A DNA stretch of 64,000 bases from an uncultured Chloroflexia bacterium (GTDB lineage: Bacteria; Chloroflexota; UBA6077; JACCZL01). The notes below the pieces were generated by a model that was not told the origin of the DNA, made no database searches, and saw only the letters and a list, made by a program, of their open reading frames with translations. The stretch's first letter is position 1, and each line of letters starts with the position of its first letter. The stretch covers positions 32,001-96,000 of the forward strand of contig CAVXYC010000025.1 of the NCBI GenBank assembly GCA_963765765.1. Direction: 5' to 3'. The position numbers and the translations under genes are program-made. Below are positions 20,020-31,691 of this stretch, piece by piece.

Positions 20020-20595
20020 AACATGCTACTAACATTAGCGCCCTTGGCCGGGCATCGAATCCTGCTAAGAAGCTCATTGCTTCACGCAGAGATTCGAACA
20101 CCGCGAGGGTGGGAACCCATCAGCGGCGTGGATGTCTTCTCTTTTACCCTCACGGAGATCCCGGCGCGTGATGGGCACTGGCCGTTCGCTCATGGCGCAG
20201 CCGACGTAGAATGCTGCCATGAGTTGGCATGGTGACCGACTGCAGGAGCGCATGAGTGCTGGCGCTAGCTATGAGGACGCCGAGCGGACTATCCGAATGG
20301 AAGAGACCGAGGCAAAGCAGTTGAAGCTGCGAGAGCGTAACCAGCACGCAAAGCAGGATCGGAAAGATAAGGCGCTGAAGGCAACTGTGTCGCACGATCA
20401 AAAGATGGATCATTCTGTCGGCGTCCCGTGGCGAAGGTACTCCGAGATAAGGGGATACGGACGTGTCGTTTTACACGTCGGTCACCGAGTCCCTCACGCC
20501 TGAAGTGTTCGTGCTATCAGCGGCGGACGGCTCGTCTACGTACGCCTCTGAAGAAGCTGACTTTGGTCACCCATGTTCGCTGGTGGATGAGAGTT

Positions 20596-21172
20596 TCAGG
20601 CGCGGATCTCTCGCAGCGTCTGCTCAATCTCAGCCCTGGACGGTAAACCCGCCAGAGCGACCGGTACGTGCAAGCCGGATGGTGCCGTTCTGGTCGATGA
20701 TGAAGAAGCCATCATCGCTGCTCCAGCCCGCCTTCTCCTCTGGGGCAGGATTTGGACCCTGGCGGACTTCACGCATGAGATTTGGCGCCTCCATGGGGTT
20801 CCTCATCAGCACTTTCGCCTGGTCCCACATCGTTATTGGAAGCTGCTCCAGCCCGTAGGCTTGGGCAGTCTCCCGTAAAGGGTCACACAGGTAAGGGAAC
20901 GCCAGTGAATAGTTGGAGAAATAGAACGCCGCTCGCTCGACCGACGTTGGAGTCACCTCGAGTACCTCGGCGTTAAGCTCCCGCAAGGTGGGATATCCGA
21001 CTGTGAGATGAGCGCGGTGCCGTCGACACATGGGGCAGCCTAATCCGCGCGAGAACCAGACGACGGCTGGGCCATGAGACAGGCAATCCGAAAGCGCAAT
21101 CTCGCGATTGTCCGCGGTTGGCAGTCGAAAGTCCTGGGCTTCACATCCAGTTAGTTCGCTTGCTGAAGCCAT
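20596..21172 (-). CDS. AhpC/TSA-type redoxin (CxxC); frameshift near 20657
   Basis: DFRLP, FSRGLGCPMC, FPYLCDP, FIIDQNG; the shifted frame gives a plausible end GLPSRAEIEQTLREIRA. Confidence 0.8.
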
Positions 21173-21218
21173 ACCGGCACCTTCTTCATAACTGCGAGCA
21201 CAAGACAGTATGTTGCCC

Positions 21219-24200
21219 TCAGTAGAGGAACGGGGTTACGAACATATCGTCTGGCGAAATTCCCGCGCGAGCGCACACATCCTGGCTGCGCGTCATGAAT
21301 TCGCCCGCGCGCTGTTCGTCACCTTGCTCGAGGTAGAGGGTCGCGAGGCCATCGTAGCACGGGAATAATATCTGCGGATCATCGAGCTCGCGTGCCAGGT
21401 CCAGCGCTTCAAGATATGTGCGTTCGGCCCCTTTTGCGTTACCGTGGCACTGCTGGACCTGGGCGAGCACAATCATTGGCACGGGCAGGTGGGATCGCAA
21501 TCCAAGCTGACGGTCAAGGGTGATCGACCTCTCGGCATGTTCGACTGCTCCCTCATAGTCACCGGAGCACGCGTGGTAGCTGGACGCGAGCGTGGCGTGC
21601 AGCCAGGAGGCGCACACCGCATCGCCCACCCGGCGGGCCATCTCGAGCCCGCGGTCGCCCACTTCAGAGGCTCGGCTGGGATCAGTGGCCGAATAGAGCA
21701 CGGCCAGGTTGATATACGCTCGCCCGGCCACCGCGGGAAGATTGAGCGTCAGTGCCTTATCGAGTGCCGCCTCGACCGCGGCGATCCCCGCATTGAGATC
21801 GCCCTGTCTGGCCAGCGCGAGGCCAAGCGTGCACTCAGCGTCGCAGGCGGCTCGCATGGCCCCGACACTCTCGGTAATCTCCAGTGCTCGGCGCGCCCAC
21901 TCAGCTGCGCCGACGGCATCGCCGAGATGAAACGCCAGACGAGCCAGCTCCTGATAGAGCTCCGCGTGCTGTGGTCCGTTGGGTAAATCCTGCAGCAGCC
22001 GAAGCGCAACGTCGAATGATTCGCGCGCCGCCGGGCAGCTCGCCTCGAGCGAATAACGCGACGCCCATGGCGCGGCGCACGTCGGCGAGCGTTCGGGCTT
22101 CTCCATGTTTCTCGTACACATCGGCTGCCCAACGCCAGTGCTCCAGGGCCGCATCGAAATTTCCATGGGCGGCTTCGGCCGGGGCAAGCAGCTCACACAC
22201 TGCTGCCTGGTCCAGCGGATCGGCTCCGAGACGCCGCAGGGATTCCAGCACCTTACCGTGGAGACGCGCGGCCTCGGCGTGGGCAAACATTGCCGTGGCT
22301 CGGTCCGCTGACTCACGCAGATAAGGAAGGGCCCGATCGAAGTCCGCGGCACGGTCGTAGTGCTCGGCGAGCATGGGGACGAACTCGGCCAGGCGGTCCT
22401 TATAGAGTTGCTGAATGGTTTCCGCGGCGTGGCGATGCAGCTCTTCACGAGACCGCATAAGCAAGCTCTCGTACGCAACGTCGCGGACCAGATTGTGTCG
22501 AAAGCGGATCGTCTCGCCGTCCTGGATGAGGAGATCGGCGCGGACCAGCGTGCTCAGCAGCTCGTCCAGGTTTCGCGCCGCGGACGCATATGCCGAGAGC
22601 AGACGCAGCTCAAAGCTCTGGCCCAGCACGGTCGCTTCTTGCAAGAGCCGCCGTTGTTCGGACGGAAGATCGTCGATACGCGATCGAATGACGCCCTCGA
22701 TTGTCTCCGGCACTTGCACGTCGGCCGCGTGCCGGGCCAGACGCCAGAAGCCCCCTTCCTGGCGCAACGCGTCGGTCTCAACCAGAGACCGGGCAAGTGC
22801 CTCTAGATAGAGCGGGTTGCCGCCCGCGCGGGTCAAAATGCGTCTGCGGAGATCGTCCGGCAGTACATCGTAGCTTCGGCCAAAGAAGTCGCGTAGGAGC
22901 TCCTCGCTTTCCTGTTCGGAGAGTGGCAGCAAAAGGATCGACGAAACGGCGACGCGCCCCTGGGAAGCGCCGAGAATCTCCGAGCCGGGGCGCTGGATGA
23001 AGACCATCAGGAGCGGCAGATTCTCAATACGCTCCACCAGGAAGCGAAGCATCTCCCGAGACTCTTCGTCCATCCAGTTCACGTCGTCGATGACAATGAC
23101 GAAGAGGAGCGCGTGCGGTCTGAAGAGCAATAAGCTGCTGAACCAGAAGGAAAAGTCGCTGCTTCCCTTGCTCTGGGGCAACATACAGGCGGTCCCATCG
23201 AGCGGCGCCCGCCGGGTTCGCGCTGATGAGCTGCACGAGCGGCTCCAGACGCGCGATATCGGTATTGAGGTCGGCGGCAACCGACTCCAGACGGGAGCGA
23301 ACGAGCTCGCTGTGGGCATCAGGCGCAAGTCCCAACGTCGCACGGAGAAGCTGGCACGTGAGCTCATGGCTTTGACGATGCTCCTGCCGACATGTGAAGT
23401 GCCAGATCGTAGGCGAAGCTGCCGCGTGATCCAATGGCGGCACCTGCTCCGCAATCTCGCGCAGAAACTCGGTGGAGAGTCTGGTCTTTCCCAGACCGGC
23501 TTCCCCAATGACGCTCACTACTTGAGGTCGGCTCCGAATGCTCCGTTGGAAACACGCCTGGAGCTGTGCCAGCTCCTCGTCTCGTCCAATCAAGGGCGCG
23601 TGCCAGTCGGTGCGCCTGCCTGACGGCTCGGACAGCTCGGAAGTCAGCTCGAATACGACGAGCGGCCCAGATTTCCCCTTCACCTCAACCGGCGGCAGGG
23701 AGCGAAATTCGAACAGCCCCTGAGTAAGTCGCTGGGTTGACTCGCCCACCAGGATCCCGCCCGGCTCAGCGGCCGCCATCAGTCGCGCGGCAACATTCAC
23801 GACGTCGCCCATCACGGTGTACTCGCTGCGCTCCGCGCCGCCCACGATACCGGCCACTACCAGCCCAGTGTTGACCCCGATGCGCAATCGCGGATGCACA
23901 TCCCGACGCTTCTCCAGCTCGCCGGACAGGATCTCCAGCTCGCGTTGAACTTCGAGACTCGCCCTGAGGGCGCGGGGTGGATCGTCCTCGTGAGCGTTTG
24001 GCGCGCCGAAGAGTGCCAGCAGGCCATCGCCAGTGAGCTTGTTCACTGAGCCACCATGCTGGTCTATCACCGCGACGGCACGACCCAAGCAGTCGTTGAT
24101 GATCTCAGTCACGATCTCGGGGTCCATCCGCTCGGACATTGCGGTGAAGCCGGCCATATCCGCGAAGAGAACTGTGACAGTGCGACGCTCACCTTCGATG

Positions 24201-24439
24201 GGCGGAGCGGCGGTCGCGGGCGTTATCGGTGAGGTAGCCTGTTGCGTACCGGAAGGCGTGATGTTGGATGCAGCCGCCGCACCAGCATCAGCCAGCGCCG
24301 TGCCGCACTCATTGCAGAACTTGGCCGTGGCTGCGTTTGGAAACTGGCAGCTCGGACAGGTGCGAGGTAGGCGCGCGCCGCATTCGCTGCAGAATTTAGC
24401 GGTGGTCGGATTCTCCGACTGGCAGGCCTCGCAGCGCAC
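21219..24439 (-). CDS. Class III adenylate/guanylate cyclase with double zinc ribbon, AAA ATPase and TPR domains; two frameshifts (about 23120 and 22030)
   Basis: CxxC..CxxC twice, LFADMAGFT, GDGLLALFG, GDVVNVAARL, GEAGLGKT, IDDVNWMD, GGNPLYLE, TPR helices. Confidence 0.9.
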
Positions 24440-24840
24440 CGAACGCTCTCCTTGCCGGGTGCATATGGTTCGACAATCTTACTGCAAGGTCGCCTTCGGC
24501 CCGTCTATTTAGGGATCGCGAGAACGTCGGCCGGAATCTAGAGTGGAACGTCAGATCCATCTGCAATCTGAGCTCACCGCCGATCTTGGCGCGAGATTCC
24601 GTATTACAGAACCCTGATCGGCACAGGGAACCCGGGGCCCCTGGTGGACCGTCCGTTCTCGTCAACCAAAATAAGCCTCTTCCAATGCAGGCTGCGGCTT
24701 ATTGTCGCGGGCGTACACTGCGCTTCGAGACCGGAATCCCCCAATGGGGCTTGCGGCTTGTCAGCGATTGTGAGAGACTGCACGGACCTTCATGGGCAAG
24801 CGAGGGGCATGGTTTGACCAGATCCGCGGCGAGACGAGTG

Positions 24841-26599
24841 ATGATTCTCAGCGCTGTCGTACTGGCGGCTTTCTCCGTCGCACTCATCTCGAGTGCCAGG
24901 CTGGGAGCCCTCGGGGGAGCGACCGTCTCTGCTCAGACGGGCGCACGCGTCGTGAACTCGAACGACTACGTGGCGTCGCGCGGCGCCCTGGCGATCCAGG
25001 CGGCGATTGACGATGTCAATGGAACGGGTGGCGGCGCGGTGTATGTCCCGGCCGGGACCCACCTGCTCGATCAGAAGGTGCGGCTGTACTCGAACATTAC
25101 GCTGTTTGGCGACGGCATGGATGCCACGATCCTGCGTTTCCGCGACGGTGCCCCGTTGGACCACATGGTGTCCAATGACGAGCTCAGCACGCGGGACAAG
25201 AACATCGTGATTCGCGACTTGACCTTGTCCGGACCGGGCGCGGCCTCGGGTAAGTACTTCGGACTCCGGTTGGTCAACGTCTCCGACTCGACAGTGGTCA
25301 ACGTCGCGAGCGATGGCCACGGCTTAGACGGGTTCTATCTCGGCTACTACAACAATCACGGCGTCAATAACGTCCGCTTGAGCGGTTGCCGCGCGACGAA
25401 CAACGGTCGCAACGGCATCTCTCTGACGCACGGCAGCGACAATATCATCGACGGCTGTCGGGTGGAGAACAACAACCTCGTCGAGACAGTCGCCGGGATC
25501 GACCTGGAGCCGGACCAGTCCCAGAGGGTATCGAGCAACATGGTGGTGAGCAACGTCACTCGGAGCCAGAACGTCGGTATCCAGCTCTACTCGCCGGACC
25601 GCCGGGCATACGTGCAGGGGAGCAACGCGATCTGCACGAATACGGCCCGATATAACAACAGCGCGGGCATCTGGGATTACAACGGCACCAAGAACATCTA
25701 TGTCGACAACTCGGCAGCGGACAACGGTGGCGGTAGCCAGGTCAATATCGTGGTCGATGGAAGCGCCGACTTCAGCAGCGACGCGGGCAGGTACTGCCAG
25801 CTCCCGACCCTTCCGAGTCCGCCGCCAAAGCCCGCGACCACCATTACTCCGACGGCGACCCTCACGCCGACCGGGACGCCGACGACCGGATCCGGAACGA
25901 CGCTGAGCGCGACTCCGACGACCGTGGCACCGAGCGGGACGGCCACGGTGAGCTGGGCCGGGATCGCCAACCCGACGACGACCGACTGGATCGGGCTTTA
26001 CTGGGTGGGTGCCGTCGACACCTCCAACCTGGACTGGAAATACGTGAGTTGCAGCCGGAACCCGGACACCGCGCTGGCATCCGGCTCGTGTACGTTTACC
26101 ATGCCGACCACCGCGGACAATTTCGAATTCCGGTTGTTCGCCAACGACGGCGTCACCCGGCTGAGCAAGGTCCAACACCGTCACCGTGAGCTCGGCGAGC
26201 AGCTCGACTCCCACGCCGACCGTCACGGCCACCGCTACACCCACGCGCACCGCGACGCCGACTAGCACCATCGTCGCCGCGACGAATACGCCCAGGCGCA
26301 CGCCGACTTCGGTTACGAGTGTCCCCGCCAAACCGGTGGGGCTCTCTGCTCAGGTGCGCAAGGGATTCATCCGCCTAAGCTGGACGGCCAGCTCAGACTC
26401 AGGAGCCACCTATAACGTCTATCGGGGGAGTGCGAGCGGGGGTGTCAAGGGCCAAATCGCCCCGGGGCTCAGCGCGAACCGGTTCGACGATGATGATCGA
26501 GACCTCGTGCTAGGGACGACCTATTTCTATCAGGTCAGCGCGGTGAACGCAGTCGGCGAGAGCGTGCTATCTGACGAAGTGTCCGCGATGGCAGAGTAA
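24841..26599 (+). CDS. Secreted right-handed beta-helix (pectate-lyase-like) protein with PT linkers, Ig-like domain and FN3; frameshift near 26170
   Basis: Signal-like N-terminus, AIQAAIDD..GGGAVYVPAG, Asn-rich helix rungs, DWIGLY domain, then LSWTAS..YNVYRG..YFYQVSAVNAVGES. Confidence 0.85.
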
Positions 26600-26637
26600 T
26601 CGCGGTGAAGAATTCAAGGATGCGACAAGAGGGAATC

Positions 26638-27126
26638 ATGGGACGAAGCATGCAGCGGCGTAGAATTGTGCTCGTGGGGGCCGCGCTTCTTGTGGGACTC
26701 GGTCTGCCTGCCGCCTGGGCCGGCCCGTCGCTCGCCAGTGCGTCCTGGCTCAATCCGGGCGATGCCCACGGGTCATTGCTCCAGCCTGTCGTTCCCCCCG
26801 GGCCACCCGAGCAAGCGGCGCGATCTCTCACGCTGGAGTCCAGCGGGACCGAGCTCCCGACCGGACAAAGCGCGAGGCTCACGGCTCGGGCTAACCGCTC
26901 CGAGGGTGAAAAATTCGCCATCGTCATCCGGCGCGAGGCCGGACACCTCGGCTCCGGCTTGGAGGCCACGTGCTGGTCACAGCCGGTCTGCACAACAGAG
27001 ACCAAGGCCGACCGGCCATCCTCCGCTCACTTCGCGGCAATCCTCTACCGCTGTGACCAGCAGGGTGTTTGCATCCTGGAAGAGGACCCAAGCGAAGCGA
27101 ACAAGGTACGCGTGACCTGGAAATAG
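26638..27126 (+). CDS. Secreted hypothetical protein with four Cys
   Basis: RRR plus hydrophobic stretch and AWA cleavage site; beta-rich C-terminus. Confidence 0.65.
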   Translation: MGRSMQRRRIVLVGAALLVGLGLPAAWAGPSLASASWLNPGDAHGSLLQPVVPPGPPEQAARSLTLESSGTELPTGQSARLTARANRSEGEKFAIVIRREAGHLGSGLEATCWSQPVCTTETKADRPSSAHFAAILYRCDQQGVCILEEDPSEANKVRVTWK

Positions 27127-27145
27127 CCGCGCGGCCAATGCTCGT

Positions 27146-27700
27146 TCACGAGGAGCTGACCGCCGGGATGCCGAACTCGACCTCGAGCACCTGGAGCACT
27201 AGGTCCCGGGCGTCGGCCGGCACGTCGAACAGGACGCGTACCTCGGACGTTTCAAGGCTCTGAACCGTCTCGCCGGTCACCAGTCCGCGTTCAATCCTCG
27301 CCGTCTCAGGGCTCGGCCCGAACGTGCGCCCGTCACCGGTTCTGACCGCGAAATCCCTCAGCGAGTACTCCGATTCCCGGCTCTGGATGTTTCTGACCCG
27401 CACGTCAGCCGCTAATAGGGAACCGCGGACCTCGGACGTCCCCGAAGGGCTGGATGACGCCCCCTGGTACGGAGCGAAATCCAGCAGCGTCACTTCCCAG
27501 CCCTGCAGCTTTACCGTCTCGCCGATCCGAGCTAACGGCGAATCGCCGTCGGTCTCCGGAGCGGGCGGCTTGGGAAGCTGTTGTCCGGGGATCACACCCC
27601 GGGCGGCAACCAGGATCACGACACCGATCAGCACGGCGGCGGCCAGGCCGCCGAGCGCCAGGCTTCGCCCCAGAAACTGTCGACGGCTATCTTGGCTCAT
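27146..27700 (-). CDS. DUF4352-like membrane-anchored protein
   Basis: SRRQFL plus TM helix; IGETV...EVT...DVRVRN...F.V...DG.TF...VLFDVP. Confidence 0.75.
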   Translation of the reverse strand: MSQDSRRQFLGRSLALGGLAAAVLIGVVILVAARGVIPGQQLPKPPAPETDGDSPLARIGETVKLQGWEVTLLDFAPYQGASSSPSGTSEVRGSLLAADVRVRNIQSRESEYSLRDFAVRTGDGRTFGPSPETARIERGLVTGETVQSLETSEVRVLFDVPADARDLVLQVLEVEFGIPAVSSS

Positions 27701-27926
27701 AGCGTCCGTCGAAATATGCGCCGTTGGCTACGATCTGTCATGTGTCAATTGTCTACGCTCACGCTCTACAGTTGGCGTGCTCCACCAGTCAACCGCGAGC
27801 CCAATGCAGGCCGTGCTATGAGAGTTGGCCCATGAAGGCTTTTCCCTATGCGGATTACGGCAGCTGGATGCTCTAGTGAGTAGCGTGCGACCTACCGTAC
27901 CGTCGAGAAGCTACCTGTCAACAACG

Positions 27927-28358
27927 CTATTCCGGGGCCGGTGACAGCGGAGCGACCGTTGGGTTAGTACAAGTCGGTCCATCCGCGGGCGGTTGCTCCG
28001 GCACGGTGACGGTGCCATTAAACTCAGCGAACTCTACTTCCGGATCGGCTGCTAGGGCCGCGAGGCGCTCGCCCACCGTTCCGGGCGGGACCGCGAGCAG
28101 ATAGACCTGGATACTGGGGATGCTTCCGACGATCGTTGCCCCGTGGCGAGCGGCGACCGCGACGGGATCGACCCCAGGACGAAATTTGACAAGCAGCTCA
28201 CCAGGGGAATCGAGAGACAGCGGCCCAAGGTGATTACCCTGAAGGGCCAGGGCTCGGGCTGCTCCGGGCTGCGAGAGCCAGGCAAGCGTCAATGACACCA
28301 GGATTAGTCCCACAATCTGGCGTCTCCAGATAATCGTTGCCGCCCACCCCAGACCCAT
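27927..28358 (-). CDS. Secreted stand-alone subtilase prodomain (I9/fervidolysin N-terminal-like)
   Basis: Signal peptide, then PGELLVKFRPG...ADPEVEFAEFNG; no catalytic domain follows. Confidence 0.72.
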   Translation of the reverse strand: MGLGWAATIIWRRQIVGLILVSLTLAWLSQPGAARALALQGNHLGPLSLDSPGELLVKFRPGVDPVAVAARHGATIVGSIPSIQVYLLAVPPGTVGERLAALAADPEVEFAEFNGTVTVPEQPPADGPTCTNPTVAPLSPAPE

Positions 28359-28366
28359 TGGCGAAA

Positions 28367-29668
28367 TTAGCAGCGCGCGACGTTGCGCACTGCCTGGCAG
28401 GCGTTCACGCGTCCGTGCGCCCACGAGTCTCGGAAGTTGGATCCCGTTCTTCCGATGGGGTCAGCCCGATTCTCGATTCGACCGCGCACGCATGTATTCG
28501 ACGCACAATCAGTACCTCGCGAGAATACGAGGGCGGCGATACCGGCGACATGTGGGCTGGCCATACTCGTACCATTCCAGGACTCGTAGCTGCCGCTTTT
28601 CACCGTGCTCAGGATGCCTGCGCCGGGCGCGGCCACATCAACCCAATTACCGCCCCAGTTTGAGAAACTTGCCCGTCCATCGCGGCTGGTGGTTGCGGCG
28701 ACGGCGATGACGTTGGCATAGGCCGCGGGATAGAAACCCCAATTCTGCCCGTCGTTACCTGCAGCGGCCACCAGCACTACTTCCTTGTCTTTCCAGGCGT
28801 AATTGACCGCAGTCTCAACTGCCTGGGAGAGCGCATAGGCCCCGAAACTCATGTTGATTACTTTCGCACCCTCGTCCGCCGCTTTCGTGATTCCCGCGGC
28901 GATGTCAAACCAGTCTCCGCTGCCCGTGTTATCAAGAACTTTATAGTCCCAGATCGGGCATTCAGGACACGTTCCCGCGCCGCCCGTTCCGTTGTTTGTT
29001 GCCGCTCCGGCTGTTCCCGCGACGTGGGTGCCGTGTCCGTAGACATCGCCAATTCCAGAGCGGGTGAAGTCCTCCTGGCGGGTCACTTTACTGCTCAGAT
29101 CCGGATGTGACTTCGTTGTACCGGTATCAAGAATTGCGATAGCCGGCGCCGCTGATCGGGTCGCGTCGGTCCACGCCTCGAAGGCGTCGATGTCGGCATC
29201 CTGGCTGTTGTTATATCCCCATTGCTTGCTTACCAGAGGGTCATTGGGTGCCGGGGGAGCCGGGGTGACTGGCGCGACGGGTTTCACCTGGGCGTAATAC
29301 CGGCCGTTCACCTCGGCGAATGCAACCTTTGGCTCCTTACGGTACTCCGCCGCCTGCTCCTTCTCCTTGCCGCGCGGTGCGGTCACGAGCTCGGTATTGA
29401 GGTTGGGGAGCTCTTTCTTGACACTCGCGCCGCGGCGCTGGTGGACTTCGCTCTTGTCCTTTTCGGACGCATCCTTCTTGAAACCCACCAGGATCTCGCC
29501 GGCCGCGAAGGTGGGCGGGTCTTGGCCCGGTGTCCCGAGCTCGGGCCTATTCTGCTCGGGCTCGCTGGGTTTGGCAACGACAGGCGCGGCCGGCGAAAGA
29601 GCGGATATCGATAGGAGCAGCGCTGCAGCAGTGAAGCCGAGGCGGGTCAACAGGGCGGAAGATGTCAT
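28367..29668 (-). CDS. S8 serine peptidase (thermitase-like subtilase)
   Basis: Signal peptide, prodomain, catalytic ILDTG, HGTHVAG, AAAGN, GTSMASPHVAG. Confidence 0.95.
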   Translation of the reverse strand: MTSSALLTRLGFTAAALLLSISALSPAAPVVAKPSEPEQNRPELGTPGQDPPTFAAGEILVGFKKDASEKDKSEVHQRRGASVKKELPNLNTELVTAPRGKEKEQAAEYRKEPKVAFAEVNGRYYAQVKPVAPVTPAPPAPNDPLVSKQWGYNNSQDADIDAFEAWTDATRSAAPAIAILDTGTTKSHPDLSSKVTRQEDFTRSGIGDVYGHGTHVAGTAGAATNNGTGGAGTCPECPIWDYKVLDNTGSGDWFDIAAGITKAADEGAKVINMSFGAYALSQAVETAVNYAWKDKEVVLVAAAGNDGQNWGFYPAAYANVIAVAATTSRDGRASFSNWGGNWVDVAAPGAGILSTVKSGSYESWNGTSMASPHVAGIAALVFSRGTDCASNTCVRGRIENRADPIGRTGSNFRDSWAHGRVNACQAVRNVARC

Positions 29669-30206
29669 AGAGCTTCCCGGTCCAAACGCCGCAGGAATTT
29701 CAGCAGCACGGCGCGGACGCCATTGTAACGCGTGCCCCACGGCTGTCAAGAGTCACGTTCTAGTCAATCCACCGCGATCGTCGAATGCGTCACTTGAAGC
29801 GCGAAGCCAGAGCGGCATTGAGTGTCGCGTGAGATCGCTGATATGGATGCAGAGACCACTTGGGTTGTGCGCCCTAGAACCTTGAACCCAGGAATTGCAC
29901 CCAGCCCGCGGTGCCCACTGAATTGCATCCCTGCTCTGGGCGGAGCAAATCGTAGTGGCGTGCTCCACCACAGACTGATTCCTGGGCGTAAGGCCGGTCT
30001 CCGAGTAGCGCATCTCCAGCAGGCAAAGGAAAAGTGCCATGACAGTGCGTTCTGGCGCCATCGACTAGCTGGACGTGTTCACCGCCCATGCGTTGTTTTG
30101 ACGGTGAGATGCCGATACCATCACGCACGGAACGCTGCTCGCCTTGGGCCGTGGTGTCGGTCCGGTAAGGGGCCGCGGATCATGCGCTGAGCAGGGGAGA
30201 ATCTTT

Positions 30207-31691
30207 ATGTCGCTTTTTGTCGTACGACATCAGCATGACGCTGAGCGCTGTCCCGCCCAAGATCCGCATATGGGTGCGAGACTCCTCAATATCTTGAACC
30301 GCTCCAATGCGCGGGATCGCGGCATTCACATTCAGAGCGAGGCAGTTATCTCGGGAGAGCACACGCTTTTCATCACGCTGGAAGCGAATGACGAGTCAGC
30401 GCTTCGGGACTTTATGGAGCCGTTTGCTCGCATGGGAAGCGTCGAGATCTTCCCCGCGGCCACGTGCGCCCGTGTGGCGGCCAGTGGCGGCTGTGCGGCG
30501 CCGCTTCCGGACCTGGATCCCAATCTCCCGGCCGTTGATCCAGAAGACGCCTGCCAGATAGCGCTCGAGGCCGGTCTTGTCGTACATCGCGCCCATCCGC
30601 TGAACGGTGAGACCTCGATTCCGGCTCTCATCGGCGGCTCGGTGATGCCCAATGCCCATTTCTATGTGCGCAATCATTTCCAGATTCCACGCCTTGATCC
30701 CACCGGCTGGCGCCTCAATGTATCTGGCCAGGTTGAGCGACCGCTGCAATTGAGCCTGCGTGAGCTGCACGGAATGCCTTCGCAGACGCTCGTTGTCACG
30801 CTGGAGTGCGCCGGTAATGGCCGGTCCCAGCTAGAGCCGCGCGTCGATGGCGAGCAATGGGAGCTAGGCGCGGTGAGCACCGCCGAATGGACGGGTGTGC
30901 CGTTGAGAGAAGTGCTTGACCGCGTGGGGATCCGCCACAGTGAAGGGGAGATACTGTTCCGAGGTGCGGATGGCGGGACGGTTGATGGTGAAGAGGCGGC
31001 CATCCGTTTCGAGCGGAGTCTCCCGCTTGACATCGCTCGGAGCTCGGAAGCGTTGCTGGCCTACGCGATGAACGGAGAGCCGCTACCCGTGCACCATGGC
31101 TATCCCCTCCGTCTGATCATGCCGAGCTGGTACGCCGTAGCGTCGGTGAAGTGGCTCACGGATATCGAAGTTCGAGATCGGCCTGTGCTGGCGCATTTCC
31201 AGACGGCCCGGTACTTTTTTGAATGGCACCGAGATGGCCAGATCGTGCGCGAACCTGTGACGCTTCAACGCGTACGAGCCCTTGTAACCGAGCCAGCGCC
31301 AGACTCAGAGGTGGACAGCGGGGAGCTGGTGATTCGGGGTGTGGCCTGGTCAGGTGCGTCGCCGATCGCGCGAGTTGAGATAAGCACGGGCAATGGCCCA
31401 TGGCAAGATGCGCGGCTTGTGAGCGACCGCCGGCGCCATAGCTGGCAGTGGTGGGAGCTGCTCACCACTGTGAACCAGGCTGGTCCGACCACTATTCGCG
31501 CTCGGGCGACAGATTACGCGGGCCGCACCCAGCCGGACCAGCCCGAATGGAATCGCCTGGGATACGGAAACAACGCGGTCCAGACAGTGTCGATTCATGT
31601 TGTTCATGCCTTGAGCCCGGCGGGACTGGAGCGGCTGACATGTACTTCAAGCAGTTTCTCAACGAAGATTGCGGGTGCTCGTCATACCTGA
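30207..31691 (+). CDS. Sulfite oxidase family molybdoenzyme with extra N-terminal domain
   Basis: FYVRNH, LECAGNGR, AEWTGV, LAYAMNGEPL..HGYPLRL, SVKWL, RARATD; the C-terminus overlaps the next gene and may be affected by an indel. Confidence 0.92.
   Translation: MSLFVVRHQHDAERCPAQDPHMGARLLNILNRSNARDRGIHIQSEAVISGEHTLFITLEANDESALRDFMEPFARMGSVEIFPAATCARVAASGGCAAPLPDLDPNLPAVDPEDACQIALEAGLVVHRAHPLNGETSIPALIGGSVMPNAHFYVRNHFQIPRLDPTGWRLNVSGQVERPLQLSLRELHGMPSQTLVVTLECAGNGRSQLEPRVDGEQWELGAVSTAEWTGVPLREVLDRVGIRHSEGEILFRGADGGTVDGEEAAIRFERSLPLDIARSSEALLAYAMNGEPLPVHHGYPLRLIMPSWYAVASVKWLTDIEVRDRPVLAHFQTARYFFEWHRDGQIVREPVTLQRVRALVTEPAPDSEVDSGELVIRGVAWSGASPIARVEISTGNGPWQDARLVSDRRRHSWQWWELLTTVNQAGPTTIRARATDYAGRTQPDQPEWNRLGYGNNAVQTVSIHVVHALSPAGLERLTCTSSSFSTKIAGARHT

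Noticed and set aside
20596-20660. Selenocysteine read-through at the redoxin TGA
   Set aside because: The TGA is far from the CxxC site, and a frameshift gives a more natural C-terminus.
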